From Magnetospirillaceae bacterium (GTDB lineage: Bacteria; Patescibacteriota; Saccharimonadia; Saccharimonadales; EFPC-124), in the NCBI GenBank assembly GCA_035538835.1, contig DATLJN010000076.1, forward strand, positions 1 through 48,540: DNA of 48,540 nt, in the 5' to 3' direction. Under the pieces are notes generated by a model. That model was not told the DNA's origin and did no database searches. It was given only the letters and a program-made list of their open reading frames with translations. Positions 9,181 through 17,784 of this stretch are shown one piece after another. A program made the position numbers and the translations under genes. Each line of letters opens with the position of its first letter. Positions within the stretch are counted from its first letter, which is position 1.

Positions 9181-9228
9181 GTCGTCTGATTTACAGTCAG
9201 ATGCGTTTGACCACTTCGCTATCCCAGC
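9143..9228 (-). tRNA. tRNA-Tyr (anticodon GTA), class II with long variable arm, CCA encoded
   Basis: Minus strand: GCTGGGA-TA-GCG..CGC-A-TCTGA-CTGTAAA-TCAGA-long variable arm-GGGGG-TTCGACT-CCCTC-TCCCAGC-A-CCA. The acceptor and anticodon stems pair perfectly. Confidence 0.9.
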
Positions 9229-9246
9229 ATGCCTTAAAAATAAATA

Positions 9247-9323
9247 TGGAGCCGACGGAGGGATTCGAACCCACGACCCGCTGTTTACAAAACAGCCGCT
9301 CTGGCCAACTGAGCTACGTCGGC
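9247..9323 (-). tRNA. tRNA-Thr (anticodon TGT), CCA encoded
   Basis: Minus strand: GCCGACG-TA-GCTC..GAGC-G-GCTGT-TTTGTAA-ACAGC-GGGTC-GTGGG-TTCGAAT-CCCTC-CGTCGGC-T-CCA. There is one T:T mismatch in the T stem. Confidence 0.85.
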
Positions 9324-9352
9324 ACGTTTACGGCCGGTCGGATACGCTCCAA

Positions 9353-9381
9353 ATAATACCTGATTTACCCTGTTTTTTCAA
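9353..9381 (-). promoter_or_regulatory. sigma70-like promoter for the tRNA operon
   Basis: Minus strand has TTGAAA, a 17-nt spacer, then TATTAT. The -10 element ends 29 nt upstream of the tRNA-Thr 5' end. Confidence 0.35.
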
Positions 9382-9426
9382 CCCGGCTGGCAGTCCAGAC
9401 ACTATCGCCGGACCGCCAGCCGCTCT

Positions 9427-9810
9427 TCACCCTATGAACATTGTGCCCGGCAAACAACAGCAGCAGGCCACGAGCAACATTATAACGCCAGGCCAAAAGA
9501 TGCGCCGCTGCTTGAGCTTGCGAGTATGTCGTCCGACAGCCTCCCAGGTTCCCTCGTTGTCTTGCCACAATACTTCTCCGTGTACCGCCGGGTCAGATTG
9601 AACGGCACGTGACTTTCGCCAAGCTCGGTGCAAGCAGACCTCGATGAGTCCCCACGATGCGAGAGTAGCGAAGAACAGCGCGGCCACATAGGGCTTGCCA
9701 TGCTCGACCATCGACCGCATGGCCAAATAGTCGATACCTGCGTACATGAGCAAAAGGGCGAAGAGAATCTTGCGCGGCGAGATGATGTACCGCCGCACGG
9801 TGCTCGTCAT
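9427..9810 (-). CDS. hypothetical membrane protein (about 3 TM segments)
   Basis: ORF-track frame with SD-like AAAGGAAA upstream. Hydrophobic segments are ILFALLLMYAGIDYL, YVAALFFATLASWGLIEV and IFWPGVIMLLVACCCCL. Confidence 0.5.
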   Translation of the reverse strand: MTSTVRRYIISPRKILFALLLMYAGIDYLAMRSMVEHGKPYVAALFFATLASWGLIEVCLHRAWRKSRAVQSDPAVHGEVLWQDNEGTWEAVGRHTRKLKQRRIFWPGVIMLLVACCCCLPGTMFIG

Positions 9811-9865
9811 ATCGTTTCCTTTCGACGTAAGCCCGGATAATTATACAGTAAACGTGAGAGCGAAA

Positions 9866-10525
9866 CTACATTACCATTTTGCGAGGTTGAGCAATCTGCT
9901 GTTTGGATGCGGTTGGAATAATAATTTTGTCAATTTTGTGTTTAATTGCTTCGGCGAGTTCCATGTCGCCGGTTCGTTCGTAAGCGTCGGCTAAAATTCG
10001 GAGGGACTGCGGGTTTGGCTCAAGCTCCACCGCCTTTTCGAGGTTGGCAATCATCTTTTTATGATCACCTAGCTTTTCTTGCACTTTTGCATACGCGACA
10101 TAACGCGCGGCTAAGCCACTCTCCATTTCGATAGCCTGCTCAACCGCGATCGCCGCTTTTTCGAACTGGCCGGTTTCGTAATAAATAAGTCCCACGTTGT
10201 GTAGGCTACTCGCGCTTGGTTCCAAGCTTTGAGCAATCTCGAAGCATTCAATGGCATCGTTAAACGCGCGCTGTTTGGAATACAAAATCCCAAGTCGATT
10301 GTAAGCTGCAGCATTGCGTTCGTCGACACGCAAAATGGTCAATAGTGCTTTTTCGGCGTTGAGATACTTTTTTTCACGTAGGCCAACTTGGGCAATTTGC
10401 CACAGCTTATCGAGCCTATCAGTAATACGACTCGGCAATTGCTGCCCAGCTTGTTCGTTGGTATCGCGGTAGAACACCCACAGTGCAAGCGCCCCAAACC
10501 CCACCAGCATGAGTAACGTAAACAT
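9866..10525 (-). CDS. membrane-anchored tetratricopeptide-repeat protein
   Basis: An N-terminal TM helix (MFTLLMLVGFGALALWVFY) is followed by several 34-residue TPR-like repeats (A..Y..LG..Y....F..A...FE.A..L.P). Confidence 0.7.
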   Translation of the reverse strand: MFTLLMLVGFGALALWVFYRDTNEQAGQQLPSRITDRLDKLWQIAQVGLREKKYLNAEKALLTILRVDERNAAAYNRLGILYSKQRAFNDAIECFEIAQSLEPSASSLHNVGLIYYETGQFEKAAIAVEQAIEMESGLAARYVAYAKVQEKLGDHKKMIANLEKAVELEPNPQSLRILADAYERTGDMELAEAIKHKIDKIIIPTASKQQIAQPRKMVM

Positions 10526-10548
10526 AATTTGACTCTAGTATATCACTA

Positions 10549-11349
10549 TCACTGCATGAATACATGGGTCAGTTGTGCGCGAACATTGCCGTTTTGCTGG
10601 AGACGTTGCAAACACGTTTGCAGGGCATCAGCAAACGCAAATAAATTATCAGCCGGTGCTCTGCGAATCTGCTGGGTCAACATGTATGCCATTGCCTCGA
10701 GCGTAGCGATGGCGACCGCGCGGTCTTTGCTGATATTGTTCACCTGGGCTAAACGTTCGTAGACCGGTGCGCCAAGGAGTTGTTTTGCGCGCTGCATAGT
10801 GGCCTTGTGCTGTTCAAATGCCTGTGGGTCACGTAAAAGCGTGACAAACGTGGCGGCACGGCCCGACGCGACAAACAGCATCTGAGCCAATGACTGCGCA
10901 TCAATATGCATCTTAGCTGCGTAATCACTAAGTACGGTGCCTGCAACTGGCAACACCGCTACTGTTTGCACGCGCGATAGGATTGTTGGTAGCAAACTTG
11001 CGGTGTGTGGCGCTGTTAACATAAATGTCACGTTGGGTCGAGGCTCCTCGAGGAGCTTTAAAAAGGCATTTTGTGCCTCGGCGCCCATTGCTTCGGCATG
11101 GTCGATGATCACCACCTGATGGCCTGTTTGCTTGCTCCGGGTGCGTGCGTAAAGTGTGCGTGTGGCTTCTATGGTGATCGTCCCCTTTTCGTCTGGTTCG
11201 AGCACCATGATCAGCTCTGGCGAAGTAAGGCTTGCCGCCCAACGCCTTGCCACGGTGAGTTTGCCGGTGCCATGCGGCGCTGTTAATAGCAATCCTTGTG
11301 GCGCGTCGTGGGCCAGCGCTACAAGCTCGGTCCGAGTGCGTGGGTGCAT
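10549..11349 (-). CDS. holB: DNA polymerase III delta' subunit-like AAA+ clamp-loader protein
   Basis: P-loop LLTAPHGTGKLTVARRWA, a VVIIDHAE (DExx-like) box, NAFLKLLEEP and SRVQ (SRC-like) motifs. Start trimmed to ATG 11349, after the stop of the upstream gene. Confidence 0.7.
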   Translation of the reverse strand: MHPRTRTELVALAHDAPQGLLLTAPHGTGKLTVARRWAASLTSPELIMVLEPDEKGTITIEATRTLYARTRSKQTGHQVVIIDHAEAMGAEAQNAFLKLLEEPRPNVTFMLTAPHTASLLPTILSRVQTVAVLPVAGTVLSDYAAKMHIDAQSLAQMLFVASGRAATFVTLLRDPQAFEQHKATMQRAKQLLGAPVYERLAQVNNISKDRAVAIATLEAMAYMLTQQIRRAPADNLFAFADALQTCLQRLQQNGNVRAQLTHVFMQ

Positions 11350-11356
11350 GAGTAGT

Positions 11357-12232
11357 TCATCCACGAATGAGGGTCTCCAAAAACCGTGTGAGTTCTGTTG
11401 GTAACGGCGCCTCGAACACTCGGCGTTCACGGGAGGGCAATGTTAGTTCAAGTACGGCGGCATGCAAAAACATACGTTCAAGGTGTGGTTCGGTTTTACC
11501 GTACAGTGTGTCGCCTACGATAGGACAGCCTAAATACTGCATGTGCACACGCAATTGATGGGTGCGTCCTGTTCGCGGTGTGAGTGAAAGCAGCGTGTAG
11601 CCTGTGTATTCTTCCAATGTCTCGTAATCGGTCTCAGCCGACTTACCGTTACCCCCCACCCTAAAGGTTTGCGGTTTTTTAGGGTTGCGCTCGATAGGCA
11701 GTTGAATCGTAGCGGCCGGTTCTTTTGGACGCCCTTTTACAAGGGCGATGTACGTCTTTTTGACCCTACGAGTCGAAAATTGTTTTTGCAACCAACGTTT
11801 GGCGAGCGAGTTCTTGGCCGCAATAATCACACCCGACGTTGCGCGATCGAGCCGATGCACAATACCCGGGCGGTTTGTATCAACGCCGTCGGTGGTACGC
11901 GGGCGCACAAATGTGGCGACGGTAAGTTCATCACTCACCACGCCTTTAGCATGGGTGAGCACACCTGCCGGCTTGTTAATGACAACCACATCGTCATCCT
12001 CGAACAACACCGGTAAGGTGGCCTCAGAAAAGTCTGGAACTTCGGGCATATTTACCGTAATAACGTCACCTATATTAAGTTGATAGCTCGGTTTAACAAC
12101 GACATCATTAACTTTTACGGCGCCGACGGTCGTTTGTTTTTGCCAAAAACTGCGCGAAAATTCGGGAACAGTACGTGCTAAATAAGCGTCAATGCGTTCG
12201 CCAGATTGGGAAGCAGTAAACATTGTAGTCAT
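11357..12232 (-). CDS. RluA-family 23S rRNA pseudouridine synthase with S4 domain
   Basis: S4-like N-terminus (RIDAYLA...), catalytic HRLDRATSGVIIAAKN, and KTYIALVKG. ATGA overlap with the trpS stop. Confidence 0.85.
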   Translation of the reverse strand: MTTMFTASQSGERIDAYLARTVPEFSRSFWQKQTTVGAVKVNDVVVKPSYQLNIGDVITVNMPEVPDFSEATLPVLFEDDDVVVINKPAGVLTHAKGVVSDELTVATFVRPRTTDGVDTNRPGIVHRLDRATSGVIIAAKNSLAKRWLQKQFSTRRVKKTYIALVKGRPKEPAATIQLPIERNPKKPQTFRVGGNGKSAETDYETLEEYTGYTLLSLTPRTGRTHQLRVHMQYLGCPIVGDTLYGKTEPHLERMFLHAAVLELTLPSRERRVFEAPLPTELTRFLETLIRG

Positions 12233-13419
12233 GGGCGTGGTCGGAGGCCAACGGCTTGCTGCACGCGTAACAGCTGAGCGGCAGCAAGGTTGCGCGCAAC
12301 CGCTTCGTCGGCTTCAATTTTGGCAAGCAATGCCACTTGGTCAACCCCCGCAAGGGCAGTCTGGAAATCCTTTAAGAAGTCGCCCACTTCCTTTGCGGCG
12401 GCTTGTTTAAGATCACCATACCGCGTTTGGCCCTTCCACTCGGCAATAACTTGTTGCACTGGGCGCTTCTGTAGTAAAGCGACTATCTGCAATAGGTTAC
12501 TCACGCCGGGCTGGCGCTTCCAGTCAAAATTGATCACGCCTTCGCTGTCGGTTGTGGCGGCCATGATTTTTTTAGCAGCCGTTTTGGGTTCATCGGCAAG
12601 TGTGACAAAACCGGCTGGATCTTCGTCGGACTTACTCATCTTTTTAGCCGGATTACGGAGGCTGCGGATTCGCACACCTTGGTCGAGTCCCGAAAATTTC
12701 AGCTGCGATTGCCAGTCGGCAGGTACGGTCGCAAAAACACCTTCGGCAAACACGTTTTTAAAGCGCTCATTAATACGCAAAGCAAGATCACGCGTTAGTT
12801 CGAGATGCTGTTTTTGGTCGTCGCCAAGGGGAATGTATGTGGCATTGTAAAGCAAGATATCCGCCGCCATAAGCACCGGGTAGTTAAATAACCCGACACT
12901 CACCGACTCATTCTTAAGCTTTTCCATTGTTTTTTTGAGATCACGCTCAAAAAACGCAGCCAAAAAGTGATCGCCAAGCCGACGCGTGCGACGCAGTAGG
13001 CCGCTGAGCAACTCTTTACTGTCGGCATCACGGGCCAGCCCGGCTTTGTCTTTAAACTGTGTCATTCGACTAAGCTCACCCATGTAGGTAAAACAATCCA
13101 AAATCCAGGCAAGCTCACTATGCTGAGATACGTAGCTTTGGCGATAGACTCGCACGGCGTTGCTTTCAAGGTCGATCGCGCCGGCCGCTACATAAAATGC
13201 CACATTCTGGATGGTATTTTTATGGAGTTCGTCGTGATTTATCGGTGTCGTAAACGAATGCAGATCTGGCACAAACATAAAAAAGTCGTGCGTCTTTTTG
13301 TGAGATTGTGCGAGGTTAGCCATAGGCAACATCGCACCAAGGTAATTAGCGATGGTCAGGTTACTGTTGGCGCGTAGCCCGGTGAGTACCCGCGGCTTGT
13401 GTGTCGGTTGGTTAGCCAT
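12229..13419 (-). CDS. trpS: tryptophan--tRNA ligase
   Basis: A class I HIGH-region equivalent (LTIANYLGA), KMSKS (KKMSKSD), and MTQFKDK plus YPVLMAADIL as in TrpRS. It carries a ~45-aa insert relative to typical ~330-aa enzymes. Confidence 0.85.
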   Translation of the reverse strand: MANQPTHKPRVLTGLRANSNLTIANYLGAMLPMANLAQSHKKTHDFFMFVPDLHSFTTPINHDELHKNTIQNVAFYVAAGAIDLESNAVRVYRQSYVSQHSELAWILDCFTYMGELSRMTQFKDKAGLARDADSKELLSGLLRRTRRLGDHFLAAFFERDLKKTMEKLKNESVSVGLFNYPVLMAADILLYNATYIPLGDDQKQHLELTRDLALRINERFKNVFAEGVFATVPADWQSQLKFSGLDQGVRIRSLRNPAKKMSKSDEDPAGFVTLADEPKTAAKKIMAATTDSEGVINFDWKRQPGVSNLLQIVALLQKRPVQQVIAEWKGQTRYGDLKQAAAKEVGDFLKDFQTALAGVDQVALLAKIEADEAVARNLAAAQLLRVQQAVGLRPRP

Positions 13420-13444
13420 AATATTCCTTATTATACGTGAGCTT

Positions 13445-13470
13445 TTAAAAAACCGCCTTGTTCGGCGGTA
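13445..13470 (-). terminator. intrinsic terminator-like hairpin upstream of trpS
   Basis: Minus strand reads ACCGCC-GAACAA-GGCGGT followed by TTTTTT, about 25 nt before the trpS start. An upstream GGCGG (about 13493) could pair alternatively with the CCGCC arm. Confidence 0.45.
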
Positions 13471-13737
13471 AGATGCATGAAAATATTATCTCCGCCAGAG
13501 GTAAGTTGAGTGCCACCAATAAATAACAGTTACTGCCATAGTATCTATGAGTGTAAAGGGCGGCTAAGCACTTGTAAAGCGATATCCCGATACTCACGAA
13601 AAGCATAAGTATATTAAAAAATAAACTTGTACTTTTAGGCAACATATGGTAAGAATACTAGTGATTGTTCGCGTAAGCTGCGCGTATTTTGACGATGCGG
13701 AGCGAACGCGTAAAAAGTAATAGTTATAGGGCAAATT

Positions 13738-14697
13738 GTGGAGATATTTTGGAGTTCCATCGACCTTGTACGCCTAACCTTTTTGGTTGGCGCCGTACTG
13801 GCACTGCTGTATAAGAAAAAGTTTGGTGTCACGCCAGGCGGCATCATTGTCCCCGGGATTCTTGCAAGCCTTATCTTTATCAACTTTCCTGCTTTTATTG
13901 TTATGTTAGCGCTCAGTGTTCTGTGCTGGGCGATATATAAGTATACGTTCGGTCGTTTTGCGTTGACGCGCCGCTGGGCGTCGCTTATTACAATCTCTGT
14001 ATCTGTCGTGCTGGGACTTATATCTATGGTTGCATTTAACTCGGCACACATCTTTAACCAAGAATTATTGGTAAGTCTCGTGGTACCTGGCCTTATTGCT
14101 ATTAGTGCACGCAAATATGGGCTGGGTAAGGTGATGATAGGAACACTATCGGTTACAGCAGTAAGCTACCTGGCCGGTTGGGCGCTCGCCTATGCTATCC
14201 CTTACGAGATACTTACCTACATGACCGTCAAACTCGGCACCTACACACCTTTGAGCCTCGAAAATCCTGCGCTCGTATTTATTGTGAGTCTTTTAGCCGC
14301 GGTGCTGGTGTATTACAAATTTGGTATCAGAGGCGGTGGCTACATGGTTGCGCCATTTATTGCGGCTGTAACCGTAAGCTCGCCAATACAAGCGCTCCTC
14401 GTTGCTGTGGGAGTCGCACTCAGTTATATCGCGGTGCGTTTGCTCCTACGCTTCACGCTTGTTATTGGGCTAGAGCGATTCGTGTTTAGCCTGGTGTGCG
14501 GCTACATTGTTATTACACTTATTGATTTACTCGCCACAATGGTTGTGATTCCTGGATACCGCCCAACGCCAATTGTGCTTATTATTGCCGTTGCCGTGTT
14601 TACCAACGACCTATCTTTGCAGTCACTCAAATCAACGCTGCTCAAGGGCTTTTCACCGACCCTAGCGATGGCACATCTCGCCAGATTGGCGGTGTAA
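13738..14697 (+). CDS. pgsC: PgsC/CapC-like poly-gamma-glutamate synthesis membrane protein, double length
   Basis: GVTPGGIIVPGIL and LVVPGLIAISARKYG match the two CapC VPG motifs. The second half repeats them in diverged form (GIRGGGYMVAPFI, MVVIPGYRP). The protein is polytopic. GTG start. Confidence 0.65.
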   Translation: MEIFWSSIDLVRLTFLVGAVLALLYKKKFGVTPGGIIVPGILASLIFINFPAFIVMLALSVLCWAIYKYTFGRFALTRRWASLITISVSVVLGLISMVAFNSAHIFNQELLVSLVVPGLIAISARKYGLGKVMIGTLSVTAVSYLAGWALAYAIPYEILTYMTVKLGTYTPLSLENPALVFIVSLLAAVLVYYKFGIRGGGYMVAPFIAAVTVSSPIQALLVAVGVALSYIAVRLLLRFTLVIGLERFVFSLVCGYIVITLIDLLATMVVIPGYRPTPIVLIIAVAVFTNDLSLQSLKSTLLKGFSPTLAMAHLARLAV

Positions 14698-14698
14698 A

Positions 14699-15925
14699 AT
14701 GTTCATTCTTGGCGCCGTTATTGTATTAGCTGCAGCTTACGTAGCTGTTGGTGTTATAAACCAACGACAACATTACAAAGCGATGCAAAACCTGGAACAC
14801 CGCATTCATGTTAACGGTATTCGCGGCAAGTCATCGGTGACGCGCTTGATCGCCGCTGCGCTGCGCGAAGGTAACATCAAAACTGCTGCTAAAACAACTG
14901 GCACCGCGGCACGTATTGTTGTCGACCACCAAAACGACACGCCTGTCCCGCGCAAAGAAGCCGACATTGCCGAGCAACGACGCATGCTTAAGTTTTACAC
15001 CGGCGATTTGCACCGCATGTACACCGGCGACGACTACAAAGCTGTTGTATTTGAGTGTATGGCGATCAACCCAATCTACCAACGTTACCTAGAAGATAAA
15101 ATCATGCACTCCACCATTGGTGTTATCACTAACGTACGCGAGGATCACGTCGAATTGCTCGGTACAACTCTGCCCGAAATTGCCCGCAGCCTTAGCATGA
15201 CCATCCCTAAAAACGGCCACCTCGTGACTGCCGAAACCAACCCTGAACTCCTGGCCATTCTTAAACAGGAGTGCGAAGTCCGCGGTAGTAAACTCCACGC
15301 TGTCGGCACCATGCGCATTACCGAAAAGCAAATGGCAGCCTTTAAACACTTTGAATATCGCGCCAATGTTGCCATTGCCGTTAAAGTGGCCGAGCTGCTC
15401 GGCGTTACACGCCAAACAGCGCTCAGCGGCATGCACAGCGCACAACCCGACCCCGGTGCCTTTATACTCAAGAAGTTTGAACGCGACACTAAAACCCTGC
15501 ACTGGGCAAACCTATTTGCCATTAACGACCGCGAAAGCTTTATTTTGACCGTTGATTCGCTACGTAAAAAAGTTGGTGCGCGCACCAAAAAAGCGGTGAT
15601 TCTTAATAACAGGCACGACCGTCCGGAACGCGTGGCGCAGTTTGTCGACATTGCTGTTAATTCGGTAAAAGCCGACTATATCTTTACCTTTGGCGACTAC
15701 GAAAACCAAGTACGCTATGAGCTTAAAAAATATCCAAACGTGCGCGTAAAAGTAATGCACCTTGGTAACGGCACCGAATACAAAGACGCGTCGGGCGAGG
15801 TATTGTTCGAACAAATTATCGGCACTATCAAGCAAAAAGAATGTATTTTGTTCGGTACGGTTAATATTCACACACGTCAGGCACAGTCGCTGTTAACGGT
15901 GCTGGAAGGCTCTAATGCGCACTAA
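14699..15925 (+). CDS. pgsB: poly-gamma-glutamate synthase PgsB/CapB (Mur-ligase-like amide ligase)
   Basis: An N-terminal TM helix, then HVNGIRGKSSVTRLIAAAL (P-loop), ECMAINP, ITNVREDH and PDPGA. It is collinear with Bacillus CapB as recalled. Confidence 0.85.
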   Translation: MFILGAVIVLAAAYVAVGVINQRQHYKAMQNLEHRIHVNGIRGKSSVTRLIAAALREGNIKTAAKTTGTAARIVVDHQNDTPVPRKEADIAEQRRMLKFYTGDLHRMYTGDDYKAVVFECMAINPIYQRYLEDKIMHSTIGVITNVREDHVELLGTTLPEIARSLSMTIPKNGHLVTAETNPELLAILKQECEVRGSKLHAVGTMRITEKQMAAFKHFEYRANVAIAVKVAELLGVTRQTALSGMHSAQPDPGAFILKKFERDTKTLHWANLFAINDRESFILTVDSLRKKVGARTKKAVILNNRHDRPERVAQFVDIAVNSVKADYIFTFGDYENQVRYELKKYPNVRVKVMHLGNGTEYKDASGEVLFEQIIGTIKQKECILFGTVNIHTRQAQSLLTVLEGSNAH

Positions 15926-16580
15926 AATTCCCGGGGCCGTTTTTGTAATGATTCTTGTTGGTTTCTTTAGCTACCTCACGTATCAACATTTCTTTTTTGA
16001 TGATACAGCCGTGGCAAAGTCGGCAATCCAATTTAAGATCGACCAGCTCAATATCGCCCCCGATGCGCCAGCTAAGCCACCCGAATATTTTGGGCTTAAG
16101 CGCGCCGAAGTCGCTTTGCAGGAATACCACAAAGGCGTTGTTGAACCAACGCCTGGCTGCAACTGCGGCCCCGATGTCGATAAATACACCGAGAGCACGC
16201 CCGCCCAGTGGTGCGCCATGTTTGTAAGCTGGGTGTCCAAAGAGGCCGGCGCGCCAATGTACGACGAACGCACAAAATCGTGGCGTTTTATGAACTCACG
16301 TCTGCTTATCGAATACCTAAAATTGAGCGGCACTTGGTATAGCCGTGAGGAAGTAATTACCAAAAACCTTAAGCCACGGCTCGGCGACTTTGTGTTCTTT
16401 TACCGCGGTGAGCTGGAAGAGAACTTAGGCCACGTTGATGTCGTTGTCGATGTTGATGGCGCGCCAGGCACTGCTGGTTTAATTGGTGGCAACATCCGCG
16501 ACCGCGTTATGTACCGCGAAAATTTCCCTTACCAAGAACATTATGGCTTTTTAGGCTTTGGCCGACCAGAGAAAGATTAG
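15915..16580 (+). CDS. membrane-anchored CHAP-domain cysteine peptidase/amidase
   Basis: An N-terminal TM helix. Candidate nucleophile in QWCAMFVSWV, and GDFVFF...GHVDVVV...GGN consistent with the CHAP Cys-His-Asx arrangement. Confidence 0.6.
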   Translation: MRTKIPGAVFVMILVGFFSYLTYQHFFFDDTAVAKSAIQFKIDQLNIAPDAPAKPPEYFGLKRAEVALQEYHKGVVEPTPGCNCGPDVDKYTESTPAQWCAMFVSWVSKEAGAPMYDERTKSWRFMNSRLLIEYLKLSGTWYSREEVITKNLKPRLGDFVFFYRGELEENLGHVDVVVDVDGAPGTAGLIGGNIRDRVMYRENFPYQEHYGFLGFGRPEKD

Positions 16581-16587
16581 GTTACGT

Positions 16588-17784
16588 ATGTCGTTATTCA
16601 AAAAATTATCAGCCGAACAAAAGAAGACGTATATTTTTATCGGCGGCGCCGGGTGTATGGTGTTGGGCCTTATTATTTACGGCCTGTACACTCACCGCCC
16701 TCAGCCAAACGATACCTATTCTAAAACTCTGAGCAGCAATACGGCACTCGAAAGCCGCGTACTATTTGGTGGTGACGTTTATTGGGGCAGACATATGAAC
16801 GATTGGTCGCAAGCCAGTCCACTTAAAGAAGCGTATCCGTTTTCGCGCCTGCACGAACTCAACCGCGATAAATACGACGCGTGGGTCGTTAACCTTGAAT
16901 GTCCCGCCATTCCAGGAATTAAACAGCCGATTGGTTTTGTGCCCGAACTGTGGGAATTTAACTGCGACACCGATTACTTAAAAGAGGCTGCCAAATGGTT
17001 CACGGCTGTATCGCTTGGCAATAACCACATCGCTAACCAAAAACGCGAAATCGGCCAAGAAACAACACGTAAAACTCTGGACGAATACGGTATCCAACAT
17101 TTTGGCGGATTTAATCCACACAACAAGGATGATGTTTGTAACGTTATCTCGTTGCCCGCACGCGCTCGCATAAACGGCGAACAAAAAGATGTACAATTAC
17201 CGGTCGCTATGTGTGGTTACCACGGCGTATATTATACTGTGACCGATTCTGCGATTGCAGAAATACAGAAGTACGCCAAGTATATGCCGGTCATTAGCTA
17301 CCCGCATATGGGGCGTGAATATCAAGCTACCGCCGACGATAAGCGCCGCATACTTTATCAAAAAATGATCGACAATGGCGCCGATGCTGTGCTCGGCAAC
17401 CACCCGCACTGGGTGCAGCCCGTCGAAGAATATAAAGGCAAGCCGATCTTTTACTCGATGGGAAACTTTATCTTCGACCAGCAATTTAGCCCCGAAGTCA
17501 TGCGTGCCGCAACGGTGGATGTGCGTTTTACACTCGACGAAGGCGCGGCAACATCCGAACAGTTACAAGCTTGGATTGACTTAGGCCAGCGCTGCGTGCA
17601 AGATAACGATGATTGCCTCGCCATTGCCGAGCAACAGCAACTCACCAAGCTCCCTATCCATCTCAGTTTCGATATTATTAGTCTCGACCTTTCAAACCAA
17701 ATCACTAAAAAAGCCGACATGCGTCTCCACGAGGAAGTCTTAACCCGACTCAATTGGCACGAGATCAAAACAAAATTGCGTTAA
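16588..17784 (+). CDS. pgsA: CapA/PgsA-family poly-gamma-glutamate synthesis protein (metallophosphatase fold)
   Basis: TM anchor, then GGDVYWGRH, NLECP, LGNNH, YPHMGREY and GNHPHW motifs. Start moved to ATG 16588 (the track start at 16558 is TTG and overlaps the upstream gene). Confidence 0.75.
   Translation: MSLFKKLSAEQKKTYIFIGGAGCMVLGLIIYGLYTHRPQPNDTYSKTLSSNTALESRVLFGGDVYWGRHMNDWSQASPLKEAYPFSRLHELNRDKYDAWVVNLECPAIPGIKQPIGFVPELWEFNCDTDYLKEAAKWFTAVSLGNNHIANQKREIGQETTRKTLDEYGIQHFGGFNPHNKDDVCNVISLPARARINGEQKDVQLPVAMCGYHGVYYTVTDSAIAEIQKYAKYMPVISYPHMGREYQATADDKRRILYQKMIDNGADAVLGNHPHWVQPVEEYKGKPIFYSMGNFIFDQQFSPEVMRAATVDVRFTLDEGAATSEQLQAWIDLGQRCVQDNDDCLAIAEQQQLTKLPIHLSFDIISLDLSNQITKKADMRLHEEVLTRLNWHEIKTKLR

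Noticed and set aside
13445-13645. A 66-aa minus-strand ORF in the trpS-pgsC intergenic region, and ORF 13635..14114 antisense to pgsC.
   Set aside because: The first reads straight through the terminator hairpin and has no SD. The region is better explained as a leader or non-coding sequence. The second overlaps the PgsC-like gene on the opposite strand.
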